Origin: an uncultured Gammaproteobacteria bacterium
GTDB taxonomy: Bacteria; Pseudomonadota; Gammaproteobacteria; Nevskiales; Salinisphaeraceae
Direction of reading: 5' to 3'
DNA: 64,000 nt
Assembly: GCA_963835375.1 (NCBI GenBank)
Contig: CAWIGB010000015.1
Coordinates: 157,750-221,749, forward strand
Part shown: in pieces, positions 12,007-24,060 of the stretch
How positions within the stretch are numbered: the stretch's first letter is position 1
Layout of the letters: each line of letters starts with the position of its first letter
Notes under the pieces: model-generated
The model's database searches: none
What the model saw: the letters and a program-made list of their open reading frames with translations, nothing else
What the model was told of the DNA's origin: nothing
Made by a program: the position numbers and the translations under genes

Positions 12007-12309
12007 GATCGATCGAACCCTCGAATCATTAGACGCAGAGTAGCGTGTTTGGTTCGATCGGTTAACCGCGCCCCGTGCGTATAGGCGCCATGACCAATAG
12101 CGCGACCGCTGTGTTGTGCGTTAGAAACCGAGTCGTGCGGCGGCCCTGCGGCATGTCGCCGGGCTCGCCGGCCGCTCGATATCGCCCTGCGGGTTCGCAT
12201 CGCTGCCTGGTCGCCGTGATGCGGGACGAGGCGGCTCGCGTGCATCGTTCGCCCACAGCGCCTACGATAGCCGGCTGATGCCCGCAAGCCCACCACGAGA
12301 ACGGCTTTC

Positions 12310-13411
12310 ATGAACGTGTTTCGCGCCTGGTTCGCCCGGCAGTTGTCGGACCCTCAGCTGGTTTCGCTTATTTTCATCCTCGTGGGCGGGCTGGTTTTGG
12401 TCCTGTTCGTGGGGCAGCTTGTGGCGCCGGTGCTGGCCGCGCTGGTTCTGGCGTATCTGCTGGATACGCCGGTGCTCTGGCTCAGCCGGGTGCGGGTGCC
12501 GCGAACCATGGGCGCGGCGTTGGTCTCGATGGCGCTGTTGCTGGGTGTGGTCTGGGTCAGTTTCGCGCTCATGCCGCTACTCACTCGCCAGGCCGGACAG
12601 ATCCTTCAGGAGCTGCCCGATCTCGTGCACAGCGTGCAGGACTGGATCAGCGGTTTGCCGGCTCGCTATCCCGTCGTTGATCACGCCGGAGCAGATGGAC
12701 GCCCTGGTCGGTAGCATGTCGATCGATGTCGGTTCGTTGCGCAAGGCCGTGCTCAGCCGTTCGCTGATGGTGGGCGCCAGCCTGTTCTATCTCGCCGTCT
12801 ATCTGGTGCTGGTGCCGCTGATGGTGTTCTTCATGCTGCGCGACAAGCATCAGCTTATGGACTGGTTCGGGCGCTTCGTGCCCCGTAACGGCGCATTGCT
12901 GCGGCAGGTCTGGGGCGATGTCAACGTCCAGCTCGGCAACTATGTCCGGGGCAAGGCGGTGGAGATCGTCATTGTCTGGATCGCGGCCTATATCGTGTTC
13001 TGGTCGCTCGGACTGAACTACGCCATGCTGCTCTCGGTGCTGGTCGGTTTTTCGGTTCTGGTGCCGTATGTGGGCGCATTCGGCATGACGGTGCCGGTCA
13101 TGCTGGTGGCGTATGCGCAGTGGGGCATGCACGCACAGACGGTCTGGGTGCTGATCGCCTATACCATTCTGCAGATGCTTGATGGCAATCTGCTGGTGCC
13201 GATTCTGTTCTCCGAGGCGGTCAACCTGCACCCCGTGGCCATCATCACCGCGGTGCTGTTCTTCGGCGGCATCTGGGGGTTCTGGGGCGTGTTCTTCGCG
13301 ATCCCGCTGGCCACGCTGGTGCATTCGGTACTCAAGGCCTGGCCGCGCAACGTGCACGTCTCGGAGCCGGGGCCGGAGACGGAACGGCCCGGCGAGCGCG
13401 GTGCCGGTTGA
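12310..13411 (+). CDS. perM: AI-2E family transporter (PerM-like; frameshift ~12675)
   Basis: Multi-TM, NYVRGK, LDGNLLVP, LHPVAII; bepA-perM synteny. Confidence 0.85.
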
Positions 13412-13466
13412 ACGGCTCCCGCGTCGACGCGCCTGCGCCTGATGGTTGCGCCGCGCCGCTGTCCTT

Positions 13467-14889
13467 TAGAGATAGATCCGAGGCGTAATGCGCCAACCGA
13501 GAGCGTTCGCCCTGGGCCAGGGTCACATGGCCGGCGTGGCGCCAGTTGCGAAAGCTGTCGACCACACGGGTCAGCCCCGAGCTGCTCTCGGTGAGATAGG
13601 GCGTGTCGATCTGCGCGAGATTGCCCAGGCAGACGAACTTGGTGCCGGGCCCGGCGCGGGTGATCAGCGTTTTCATCTGCTTCGGCGTCAGGTTCTGGGC
13701 TTCGTCGAGAATCACGAACCGTTCGAGGAAGGTGCGCCCGCGCATGAAGTTGACCGAGCGGATCTTGATCCGGTTGGACAGCAGTTCGTTGGTGGCCGCG
13801 CGCTCCCATTCCGAGGCGCTGCCGCTGTTGCCGGTCAGCACCTCGAGATTGTCCATCAGGGCGCCCATCCAGGGCGTCATCTTCTCTTCCTCGGTGCCGG
13901 GCAGGAAGCCGATGTCGTCGCCGACCGGGTACGGTCACGCGCGTCATGATGATCTCGCGGTAGCGCGATTCGTCGAGCGTCTGGGACAACGCCGCGGCGA
14001 GCGTGAGCAGCGTCTTGCCGGTGCCGGCTGCGCCGAGCAGGGTGACGATATCGATCTCCGGGTCCATCAGCAGGTTGAGAGCGAAGTTCTGCTCGCGATT
14101 GCGCGCATGCACGCCCCAGACATGACGTTTGCCTTCGCGGAAATCGTCGGCCAGTTCGAGCAGGGCGGTGTCGCCCTCGATATCGCGGGTGATGAGTTCG
14201 ACATCGTTCGGCGCGATCGAAGTGCAGCAACTCGTTGACATGCCATTCGGCGACGTCCTCGCCGCTGACCTTGTAGATAGGTCTGGCCCATGTCCTGCCA
14301 GGACTCCATGTCAGCGGCATGCTGCTCCCAGAAGTCGACGGGCAGCGGCGGCATGCCCGGTGTAGAGCAGGTCGAGATCCTCGAGGACCTTGTCGTTGAA
14401 ATAGTCCTCGGCTTCGATGCCGACCACCGATGCCTTGATCCGCAGATTGATGTCCTTGGAGACCAGCACGATTTCCGACTGGCCGAAGACTTGCGCAGCG
14501 CCAGCGCGCTCAGCAGGATCGAGTTGTCGGCCTTGTTGCCCGGCAGCATGGTCGGCAGCTCGCCTTCCGGCGGCCGGGTCTCGAAGAACAGGCGGCCCGT
14601 GGCGTCTGGCGCCTCGCGTCCGTTGCCGCGAGCCGCAGCCGATGCGGCTCGCTGATCGAGGCTGAGTCCGCGCTCGATGTCCTCGTGCGTTTGGCCGGCG
14701 ATCAGCTCGTCGAGAAAACGGCTGACCTGGCGGACGTTGCGGGCGACTTCCGACACCCCCTTCTTGCCGCGCGTCGAGCTCTTCGAGCACGACCATCGGG
14801 ATGAAGACATCGTGCTCCTGGAATCGGAACAGCGCGGTGGGATCGTGCATCAGCACGTTGGTATCGAGAACGAAAACCCGTCGGGCCAT
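13467..14889 (-). CDS. PIN-PhoH family ATPase (several frameshifts)
   Basis: VLDTNVLMHDP PIN domain, GAAGTGKT, RGRTF, DEAQN. Confidence 0.88.
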
Positions 14890-14897
14890 GGGAAACG

Positions 14898-15399
14898 CTA
14901 CCGCATGGTGGTGGTACGGTTGAAGGTGCTAGTCAGTGCGCGCACCGCCGCCAGCACCTCATCGGCATGGTCGGCAACCTTCACGCCGCGCCAGACGTGC
15001 CGCACGACGCCGGTGCCGTCGATCACGAACGTGCTGCGCTCGATTCCGATATGGGTTCGACCGTACATGTTCTTTTCCTTGAGCACACCATAGGCGTTGC
15101 ACAGGCTTTCATCGGCGTCGCTGATCAGGTCGAAGGGAAAGGCGTGCTTGCTGCGGAAGTTGTCGTGCTTGCGCAGCGAATCGCGGGACACGCCGACGAT
15201 ATCGGCGCCGGCGGCGCTGGAACTGCTCATACAGGTCGCGAAAGGCTTCGCCTTCCTGCGTGCAGCCGGGCGTGTTGTCGCGCGGGTAGAAATACAGCAC
15301 CAGCGTGCGGCCGGCGAAGTCGGCGAGCGACAGGGTCTTGTCGCCGGTGGCCGGAGCCTTGAAATCGGGCGCCTTGTCCTCGGGGGCTACTGTGCTCAT
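14898..15399 (-). CDS. bcp: Thioredoxin-dependent peroxiredoxin Bcp (frameshift ~15220)
   Basis: LYFYPRDNTPGCT, ERSTFVID. Confidence 0.9.
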
Positions 15400-15975
15400 G
15401 AGCGGATATTCCTTGATACGATGGGGGCTGTGCAGCTAGTCTTGATCGGGTCGAGCAAGCCGTCGGCGTGCAGGTCGTCACATACATCCATGAACGCATC
15501 GCGCAGCGTCTGCGGATGCTGGTCGACCGGCACGTGCAGCGACATATGAACCGTACACATGTCCGCGCCGGTCATGCCGGATTGGTACGCCTGGACGCTG
15601 GCTTCCTGCACCGCGACGTCCTGTTCCGTGAAGAAACTCATCAGTTCGGCAAGCAGGCGCGGTTGCTGTGGGGCGACCACTTCGGCGGCATACGGCCGAA
15701 ATTCGCGCGCGGGTTCCGCTGGTTCGGTGTGCTCGAACTGGATCGACAGGCCGAGATGCTCGGCCAGGCCGGGCAGGGCGCTTTCCATCTTGCCCATCGC
15801 GCTCCAGTTGCCGGATAACAGGAGCACGGCGGAGAAATGATCGCCCAGCGGGGTGATGCGGCATTCGATGATTTCGCAGCCGCGACGCCCGATCGCGCGT
15901 ATCAGGTCATGCGCGAGCTTGTCTCGGCTGGCTGCCAAGAACGACGAGCGACAGATACTTCTTGATTTCGGGCAT
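15396..15975 (-). CDS. gcvR: Glycine cleavage system repressor-like ACT-domain protein
   Basis: [14 protein letters not shown] motif; divergent from dapA and upstream of bcp. Confidence 0.8.
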
Positions 15976-16079
15976 GCGGGTCTCGGCTCGCGAATCGGGG
16001 CATTCAAAAGCCGGGTATGTTAGCACCAACAAGCGCGGTTACAATCCCGGCTTCCCACGCGCGAGGAGACACTGTGGTT

Positions 16080-16973
16080 ATGGATACGCAAGCGCTCGGC
16101 GGTAGCATGGTCGCGATCGTGACGCCGATGCATGCCGATGGCAGCGTCGACTGGCAGTCGCTCGAAAGACTCATCAACTGGCATATCGAGCAGGGCACCC
16201 ACGGCATCGTCTCGGTCGGTACGACCGGCGAGTCGGCGACGCTCGGGTTCCGCGAGCACGACGAAGTGATCGAGCGCACGGTCGAGATCGTCGACAAGCG
16301 CATTCCGGTCATCGCCGGCACCGGTGGCAACGCCACCGACGAGGCCATCCGGCTTACGCGGCATGCCAAGCGAGTGGGCGCGGACGCCTCGCTGCTCGTC
16401 TGCCCGTATTACAACAAGCCGAGCCAGGAAGGGCTCTATCGGCACTTCCACGCCATCGCGATGGCGGTGGATATTCCGCAGATCCTCTACAACGTGCCGA
16501 GCCGCACCGGCGTCGACATGCTGCCGGAAACGGTCGCGCGGTCTGTCGAGCGATCGACAACATCGTGGCGCTCAAGGAAGCCAAGGGTTCGATCGAGCGC
16601 ATCCACGAGCTGATCGAGCACGTCGGCGACGCCATGCATATCTATTCCGGCGACGACGGTACGGCGATGGAATCGATGCTGGTCGGCGGCAAGGGCAATA
16701 TTTCGGTCGTCGCCAACGTGGTGCCCGAACCTCATGAGCCGCATGTGCGTGGCCGCGATCGAGGGCAAGCGTGAGGAGGCCGAGCGGCTGGACGCCGAAA
16801 TGGCGCCCCTGCATTCCGCGCTGTTCTTCGAAGCGAACCCGATTCCGGTGAAATGGGCGTTGCAGGAAATGGGGTGGATCGAGCCCGGTATCCGGCTGCC
16901 GCTCACGCCGCTAGCCGAGCATTTCCAGGACGGCGTGCGCGATGCCTTGAAACAAGCCGTCGGTGCGTATTAG
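16080..16973 (+). CDS. dapA: 4-hydroxy-tetrahydrodipicolinate synthase (frameshifts ~16545 and ~16730)
   Basis: [28 protein letters not shown]. Confidence 0.95.
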
Positions 16974-18145
16974 TCATAAGTCAGAAATATAGGGACACTC
17001 GGAGGCCTGAAGAAGGAGCGCACCAAGTCGGGCTGGGGCGCGATAGTGTCCTGTAACGTAATTTCGCGCGCTGGGCTTCCAGTGATTTTCCGTGGCAGGC
17101 AAGGCACGGTAATGAGCCGTATCAGGGGATAAGGCGAATGGGCGCAATGCCGCATGGCGCGAAAAAGCCGAAACAGTGCGATGAATTTGCGTTACAGGAC
17201 ACCAGTGGGGCGTGCACGCGATCGGCCAGTTTTTCGCCTTTTCGCAGCGGGCTGCGGGCGACGCCGGTACGTTTGGTGTAACTCCAGACGAGCTCGTCGG
17301 GGTTCAGGTCGGGGGCATAGCCGGGCAGGAAATGCAGCGTCAGCTGGCCCTCGAGTGCGGCGACGTAACGGCGGACGACGCGGCTTTGTGCGCGGGCAGG
17401 CCGTCGAGCACGAGATGCAACGGCCGGTCCCGGTCTTTCATCATCGCGCGGAGCAATTCGACGAAACGCTCGCCGGTGAGCCCGCCGCTGTAGGTGGCGA
17501 ACCAGAAGCCCCGTCTTTTCTGTTGACCGCAGACGCTGCGCTGATGCCTTGGCGCTGGCCGGGCACGTTGACTACCGGCGTCTGGCCTTTGACGCCCCAG
17601 GTCCGGCCCTGGACCGCATCCGCCCGAAAGCCGGATTCGTCCCAGAAATAGATCTCGGCCTTTTCGCGTTTGGCCTGGCGGACAATGGCCGGATAGGTCT
17701 CGCGCTGCCAGCGCGCGATCGCTTCGGGATCGCGTTGATAGGCCCGCTGCAGCGGCTTCTGGACCGTCAGACCCAGGCGCGCGAGCAGCGCCCCGATCGA
17801 GGCCAGACTCAGGCGCACATCGAAGCGCTCCGCCACCAACTCGCGCACGATCTGTCGGGTCCACAGACCGAAATCAAACCCGTACTGCCGCGGGTTGTGG
17901 CCATTGACCCAGCGAAACACCTGACGCTCCTGTGCCGAGCTCAGCTTGCGCGGCCGGCCCGCCCCCGAGCGCGACCGCAATACCCGCTGGCCGCGCCCGC
18001 GGCCCCGCGCCTTGGCGCGTACTTTGTACGCCCAGCTGCGATGAAAACCGAACGAGGCCGATACATCCGCCGGGTGCTCGCCTTCCGCCATGCGCTCATA
18101 CGCCATCAGGCGCATTTCTTCCAGCGCCTTGCGCGATATCTTGAT
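16971..18145 (-). mobile_element. IS630-family element, disrupted (frameshifts, MITE insertion, left end not found)
   Basis: HTH region, WDESGFR, LHFLPGYAPDLNPDELVW; right end begins at the TA of the dapA stop codon. Confidence 0.88.
17046..17202. mobile_element. 157-bp MITE (family B) inside the IS630 transposase gene
   Basis: TIRs GTGTCCTGTAACGTAATTT / AATTTGCGTTACAGGACAC interrupt the transposase C-terminus. Confidence 0.8.
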
Positions 18146-18149
18146 GCGC

Positions 18150-18476
18150 CTGTCAGACAATCCGTTCCGCATGGCCTGCGGTGCGAAGACGTTCGATTGC
18201 GGGGGCACGCTGGGTGAGTATGCTGTGTTTGCCTCGGCGGGGAGCAAGTACGGTAAGGGCAGCTTCAACAAGGGTATCCATCTATCGATGCCATGCGATA
18301 TCTTCTTCACCAACTCGTCCCGTAGTGATGTCGCCGCGCCTTATGCGCCGCTCACGCGAGACGGCGGGGCATCGGTCAACAGGCGCTATTCGCTGTATGC
18401 GCTGACGGAACGCGAGACCTGGATCGCTACTGGGATGGGTCCAAGAAAGACAACTGATACAGGGCAAGCGTACTGA
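18150..18476 (+). pseudogene. 3' remnant of a YjbH/GfcD-like exopolysaccharide outer-membrane protein gene
   Basis: YGKGSFNKGIHLSMP...PLTRDGG...YSLYALT resembles the YjbH C-terminal motif. Confidence 0.65.
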
Positions 18477-18525
18477 TTCGCGCGGGCGCCCTGTGCGACA
18501 CTGTGCAGCTTTCAAGGAAAGCGCA

Positions 18526-18852
18526 ATGAATGACATCGACAAAGATATGGCACGGCCGCTGGGGCGAACAGTCATGGGCGGCGGTCTGGTGATCGTGCTG
18601 GCCGCAATTCTCGGCGGCTGTGCCGGTTCGCCGGACTGTCTGAAGACCCAGCGCTACCAGAATGCCTCTGTGTTCCCGAAACTGAAGAGCCCGGCGGGTC
18701 TCCAGATCCCCAAACCGGACCCGGACATGCAGATCCCGGACGTGTCGAACGGGCCGATCGCGGCGTATAGCACCGCGCCTCAGGGCACGGAAGCCGACAA
18801 CCCGCAGTCTCGCTGTCTCACAACCCCGCCGCCGCTACAGGCGTCGAATTGA
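18526..18852 (+). CDS. Short lipoprotein, BamC/NlpB-like N-terminus
   Basis: Lipobox LGGC, L.SPAGL..P motif, position downstream of dapA. Confidence 0.65.
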   Translation: MNDIDKDMARPLGRTVMGGGLVIVLAAILGGCAGSPDCLKTQRYQNASVFPKLKSPAGLQIPKPDPDMQIPDVSNGPIAAYSTAPQGTEADNPQSRCLTTPPPLQASN

Positions 18853-19069
18853 CGGCTCGCAGCCGGTTGATTCGACGTTAGTTGGCCGGGTGATTGCGCC
18901 TGACATATTCACGGGTTTCTTCGCGCAGGTCGAGCGCAGGCCAGCTGGTCCTGGCCGGGCAGGTCAGGTACAATCCGCGCCCGTTCAGCATGTAGGACGT
19001 CGCGCGATTCGAGATTCGATTCGCTCCCGTTGAAGGCGACGTATCAGTTACAATCTGCAACCGTTTTTA

Positions 19070-19310
19070 GGAGAGGTGTCCGAGCGGTCGAAGGAGCACG
19101 CCTGGAAAGCGTGTGTGCGGTAACCCCGTACCGAGGGTTCGACCAGCTTGCAAAGCAAGCTGACGCGAGCGCGTCAGCGCGAGTCCGGAGGATAAAAATC
19201 GCCAAAGCGATTTCTACAATCCCAGCACTGCTGGGATCGTGAACGAGCGTAGCTTGTGAGTCTGGAGGATAAAAATCGCCAAAGCGATTTTTACAATCCC
19301 TCCCTCTCCG
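19070..19310 (+). tRNA. tRNA-Ser(GGA) copy interrupted in the T-loop by a ~153-nt insert, no encoded CCA
   Basis: 19070..19142 matches the tRNA 5' part and 19296..19310 matches the 3' part of the intact copy. Confidence 0.8.
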
Positions 19311-19357
19311 GTCGCCCGCAAGGGCGACGTATAAGTTACAATCTGCAACCGTTTTTA

Positions 19358-19448
<91 letters not shown>

Positions 19449-19492
19449 ACAAGGCGCGTCGGAAAGAACAACCGAAGCGCCTGCTTTGCAAT

Positions 19493-19604
19493 GGTGGCCC
19501 GCGTCGGTGCCCCCGCGACGATATGCCGTAAACCCCGTCAGGCCCGGAAGGGAGCAGCGGTAGCGGCGGACTCGGGCGCCGGGGTGTCGCTGGCGCGGGC
19601 CACC
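19493..19604 (+). ncRNA. ffs: Signal recognition particle 4.5S RNA
   Basis: GTCAGGCCCGGAAGGGAGCAGC core, closing stem GGTGGCCCGCG/CGCGGGCCACC, upstream of dnaX. Confidence 0.93.
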
Positions 19605-19784
19605 TCCTTTTATCAGCCTGCGGGGCGCGCGGGCTCCCGCCGCAGGTGAACGACCCCGGCCGAGGTTCGTACGGCCTGCCGCCGAGGCCGACGATTCAGC
19701 TTGAAACGTCCAGGTCACGCCGCGATAGTTGAGAAGATCAGCCGCACTCGTTCCGGGATGGTTCGCCTCATGACGCAAGCGCCG

Positions 19785-20079
19785 CTAGGGCCTGTTGACG
19801 TTTCCTGCAACACCGCGCCAGTGGCCCCTGGGCTGCAAGCCAGGGCGCCGCGAGCGCGTTGCAGTGGCGCTACGCCCATTCGCCGCAGCGCGGGATTGCG
19901 GCATGTCGGTCGTTTCTGGGTCTCTTATCGCGAAGGGTGGCGACTTCTGGGAATCAACCGGGCGCGTCTGTCGGCGTTGCTCACCGTGATTGCGGCGTGC
20001 CCCGGGGTCGGCGGCTCGCGCCTCGCCAGGCAAGATCGGGGGCCGCAACGCGGCGCTGATGCAAAACGTCAACACGCCC
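19785..20079. mobile_element. MITE-like element, family A copy 2 (~295 bp)
   Basis: TIRs CTAGGGCCTGTTGACGTTTC / AAAACGTCAACACGCCC; shares CAACGCGGCGCT and CGGCGTTGC with copy 1. Confidence 0.7.
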
Positions 20080-20107
20080 CCGGTTCCTGTGCGGGACTGA
20101 CCCAAGC

Positions 20108-22268
20108 ATGAGTTTTCAAGCCCTCGCGAGAACCTGGCGGCCCCGCCGATTCGACCAGCTCGTGGGCCAGGAGCACGTGGTCCGCGCGCTCACGCATGCA
20201 CTCGACGGCAACAAGCTGCATCACGCGCTGCTGTTCTCCGGCACGCGCGGTGTCGGCAAAACCACGCTCGCACGCATCATCGCCAAGTGTCTTAACTGCG
20301 AACATGGCGTGAGCGCATCGCCCTGCGTCGGTGACGACGCGTGCTCGACGTGCCGGGAAATCGATGAAGGCCGCTATGTCGATCTGATCGAAGTCGACGC
20401 GGCATCTCGAACCGGCGTGGACGATACCCGTGAGCTGATGGACAACGTCCAGTACGCCCCCACGCGCGGTCGCACGAAGGTGTACCTCATCGATGAGGTA
20501 CACATGCTGACCAAGCATTCGTTCAACGCATTGCTGAAGACGCTGGAGGAGCCGCCGCCGCGCGTCCAGTTCCTGCTGGCGACCACCGAGCCGGAAAAGA
20601 TTCCGGTGACGATTCTCTCGCGCTGTCTTCAATTTCCGTTGAAACGGCTGTCGGCGACCCGCATAGCCGATCGTCTGCGCCACGTTGTCGATGCGGAGTC
20701 GCTCTCGGCGGACGAGGAAGCGCTGGCCGAGCTCGCCCGCGGCGCCGATGGCAGCATGCGCGACGGCCTGTCGCTGCTGGATCAGGCGGTGGCGTTCGGC
20801 GGCGGCCATCTGGATGTCGAAGGCGTGCGCGACATGCTCGGCACCATCGGCGAGGCCCGGGTCGCCGAACTGATCGACGCGGTGATCGATGCGCGAGCCA
20901 CCGACGCTCTGATCGCCCTGGAGTCGCTCTACGCCCAGGGCATCGACATGCGCTACCTGCTCGAGGCGACGGCCACGGCCTGGCAGCATATCGCGACCGT
21001 GCAGGTCGTCGGCGAAGCGATCGATGACGAAAGCGCGCGCTGGCAGGCCGCCGCCCATCGCCTCGATCCGCGTGTCACCCAGTTGTTCTACGACATCACG
21101 GTCGCGGGTATTCGCGACTTGCCGAATGCGCCCGACCCACTGGTCGGGTGTCAAGATGTCGGTGCTGCGTATGCTTGCATTTGCGCCGTCGGGCGGCGCC
21201 GAGCAACCGGAGGCGGCAGCCAGCGGTACATCGTCGGGGCCGACGTCGCAAGACCCCGGAGCGCGCAGCGCCGCCGGCCCGGTCGACCGGAAACAGAGCG
21301 CGCGCGAGGCCATGGCACGTGCGCGCGAGCAGCTTGAAGGCAGGAAAGCCGCGGTATCGACAGCGCAGCCGCCAGCCGGCCCGCCAGAACAGGCCGAGAC
21401 TCCGCCCGCCGCGCCGATGAACGAGCCCGCGCGAGCTGTTGCGTCCGCTGGGTCTGCGCAGCCGACGATAGCGGTTGATGTCGCTCACAGTCCCGTGGCA
21501 GCGCCTCCCGAAGGGCCGGCCGAGTCTGTCGAGACCCAAGTCGATGCCGAAATCGAAGCGCCCGAGCCTGCGCCTGTGAACGAGCCCTCGATCGAGGTGG
21601 CCGACGTCGAGGTCGATGCGACAGCGCAGACCACTTTCGAGGAATCGACTGCCTCATCCGAGGCCGCCGAGACGGTGGACGACACGACGGTGCCGCCTGG
21701 CAGCGACCAGGATGTGCATAACACTTGTGCCGAGGCCTGGCAGCATGCCGTGGAAGCGTCGGACACGGCCGACAATGAAATCCGGGGCGAGGCCAGCCCG
21801 CATGCAGAGCATCAGGCGGCCGGGTTCGACTTCGCGTCCACCCGAGACCATCCCGAGGACTGGCATGCGCTGGTCCCCCGGCTTGATATCCGCGGTTTCC
21901 CTGCCCAGCTCGCCAGCAACGGCGTCTGCCGGCATCTCGATAACGAGCTGATCGAGCTCGAAGTGGCGCGGGCCAACGCGTTTCTGGCCACCGAGGACGC
22001 GCGCGAACGGCTTCAGTCGGCCCTGGCGGAAGCCTGGGGCGCGGCCGCGCCGCCGCACCTCAGGATCAACGTGGTGGATGAGCTGCACGACACGCCAGCG
22101 AAGCGTATCGAAGCCAACGCCGAGAAGCGTCAGCAGGATGCGGTTGCATCCATCGAAAACGACCCGATCATTCAACAATTACGCAGCCAGCTCGGTGCCC
22201 GGCTGCGTCCCGAAACGATCAAACCCCATCGCTCACCGGGCGCGATGCAGCAAAGAGACGAGCAATGA
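20108..22268 (+). CDS. dnaX: DNA polymerase III subunit gamma/tau (frameshift ~21148)
   Basis: [28 protein letters not shown], tau C-terminal domain. Confidence 0.95.
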
Positions 22269-22588
22269 AAGGTTCCATCGGCAAGATGATGCAGCAGGCC
22301 CAGGCCATGCAGGGCAAGATGCAGGAAGCCCAGAAAGAGCTGGCGCAGATGGAGATCACGGGCGAGGCCGGTGCTGGCCTCGTGAAAGTCGTGATGACCG
22401 GCAAGTATGAAGTGAAAAAAGTGAACATCGACCCCTCGGCGCTCGAGGAGGATGCGGAGTTCCTCGAGGATCTCGTGGCGGCCGCGATCAACGATGCGGT
22501 TCAGCACGTGGAGGCGGCGAGCAAGGAAAAGATGTCGGAAATGACCGGCGGAATGGATCTGCCCGAGGGCATGAATCTGCCGTTCTAA
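22265..22588 (+). CDS. ybaB: YbaB/EbfC nucleoid-associated protein
   Basis: [31 protein letters not shown]. Confidence 0.95.
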   Translation: MKGSIGKMMQQAQAMQGKMQEAQKELAQMEITGEAGAGLVKVVMTGKYEVKKVNIDPSALEEDAEFLEDLVAAAINDAVQHVEAASKEKMSEMTGGMDLPEGMNLPF

Positions 22589-22636
22589 CCGATCGCTCGA
22601 CGCCCGAGTGATGCGTCGGGTAGTGCCTGGCCCGGC

Positions 22637-22785
22637 TGTCGGCTTACGGCCTCCGGCCTAAGCCGACAGATCGAAGCCTGCCAAGGCCGAACAGCCGCTG
22701 GGGCCCGAGTGACGCCCGGTCGGCGCCGGCCTCGCCGAGATGACAACAACGCGTAGGTCGGCTTAGCCGTAGGCGTAAGCCGACA
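22637..22785. repeat. Degenerate REP pair between ybaB and recR
   Basis: TGTCGGCTTACGGCC..GGCCTAAGCCGACA and GTAGGTCGGCTTAGCC..GTAAGCCGACA. Confidence 0.8.
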
Positions 22786-22939
22786 GATCGAAACCCGCTC
22801 GGTGCAAAAGCCACCGCGGCCGTAAGCGATGCTCGATGCAAGCGGTCTGCGTATGCAACGGCAACGGCGGCCTCAGAAGCGCACTGCGCCGCGGCATAAT
22901 CGCCGGCGCGGCCCATACGATGCATATCACGAAACGACT

Positions 22940-23536
22940 ATGGCCTTTGCTCCTGCTTTATCCCGGCTGATCGACGCGTTTCGCGTGCTGCCTGGTGTGG
23001 GCGCGAAAAGCGCCCAGCGTATGGCATTCCATCTGCTCCAGAACGAGCGCGAGGGTGGGGTCTACCTGGCCGAATCGATTCAGGCGGCGGTGGCAGCCAT
23101 TCGTCATTGTCGGGAATGCCGTATGTTCGCCGAAGCCGAACTCTGCGAAATCTGCAGCAACGATCAGCGTGATGCCAGCCGGGTATGCGTGGTCGAAAGC
23201 CCGGCCGACGTCATGGCCATAGAGCAGAACACGAACTTCGAGGGGCGTTATTTCGTACTGATGGGCCATCTATCGCCCATCGACGGCATCGGTCCGGAAG
23301 ACCTGGGGCTGGATATCCTGCGCGATCGTCTGGTGCGCGGTCCGGTCGAGGAGTTGATCCTCGCTGTCGGGGCCACGGTCGAGGGCGAAGCCACTGCGCA
23401 GTATGTCGCCGACCTCGCGCGTCGCAACAGCGCGAGCGTAACGCGCATCGCGCACGGGGTACCCGTAGGCGGCGAACTCGAGTATGTCGACGCTGGTACT
23501 TTGAGCCAGGCGTTTTCGGGCCGCCGTCCACTCTGA
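22940..23536 (+). CDS. recR: Recombination mediator RecR
   Basis: [12 protein letters not shown]4 zinc finger, [16 protein letters not shown]. Confidence 0.96.
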   Translation: MAFAPALSRLIDAFRVLPGVGAKSAQRMAFHLLQNEREGGVYLAESIQAAVAAIRHCRECRMFAEAELCEICSNDQRDASRVCVVESPADVMAIEQNTNFEGRYFVLMGHLSPIDGIGPEDLGLDILRDRLVRGPVEELILAVGATVEGEATAQYVADLARRNSASVTRIAHGVPVGGELEYVDAGTLSQAFSGRRPL

Positions 23537-23603
23537 CCCCCTGACCCTCAGGCCGGCGACGCCAACGGCGCGCCGGCCCGGTGTCCGAGCCGGCAGAATG
23601 CCG

Positions 23604-23936
23604 TCAATTCAGCAGGCGGTCGATCTTCGCTGCGCTGATGAAATCGTTGTCCGAAAGGCCACCGATTGCGTGCGTGGTCAATTCGATACGGCAGCTGTTG
23701 TAGCCGAACGTGATGTCGGGATGATGGTCCTCGCAGTGCGCGATGTAAGCAACGGCGTTCACGAACGCCTGGGTTTCATAATAGTTCTTGAATTTGAACT
23801 GGCCGACGATCTTCTCGTCGTCTGCGTTCTGCCACCGATCGCTGAGCTGCTTCATGCGATCGGCCACGGCCTGGCCCGTCATCGGCTGGGTGCCGCCCTC
23901 GCAGGGCGCGCATTTCTGATCCGCGAGCGAATTCAT
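23604..23936 (-). CDS. phhB: Pterin-4-alpha-carbinolamine dehydratase
   Basis: EDHHPDI, THAIGGLSDNDFISAAKID. Confidence 0.9.
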   Translation of the reverse strand: MNSLADQKCAPCEGGTQPMTGQAVADRMKQLSDRWQNADDEKIVGQFKFKNYYETQAFVNAVAYIAHCEDHHPDITFGYNSCRIELTTHAIGGLSDNDFISAAKIDRLLN

Positions 23937-24060
23937 GAGGTGACTCGGTTGCGAACTGTTCGTGGCCACGATAACACCGCCAGTCGCCGTGGCGAACCCG
24001 GTGGGTAGTCGTCGGCGAACGCCTCGCGCACAATGGAAGTTTAGTAACCAAGAAGAGCCC

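Noticed and set aside
10456-12084. Long antisense ORFs (542 aa here, also opposite rpsA, aroA, dnaX and the TviB-like gene)
   Set aside because: These are shadow ORFs expected from high-GC codon bias opposite well-supported genes.
21130-21170. dnaX frame change read as the programmed gamma/tau frameshift
   Set aside because: It falls inside the conserved domain III motif, before LRMLAF, and has no A6G slippery site.
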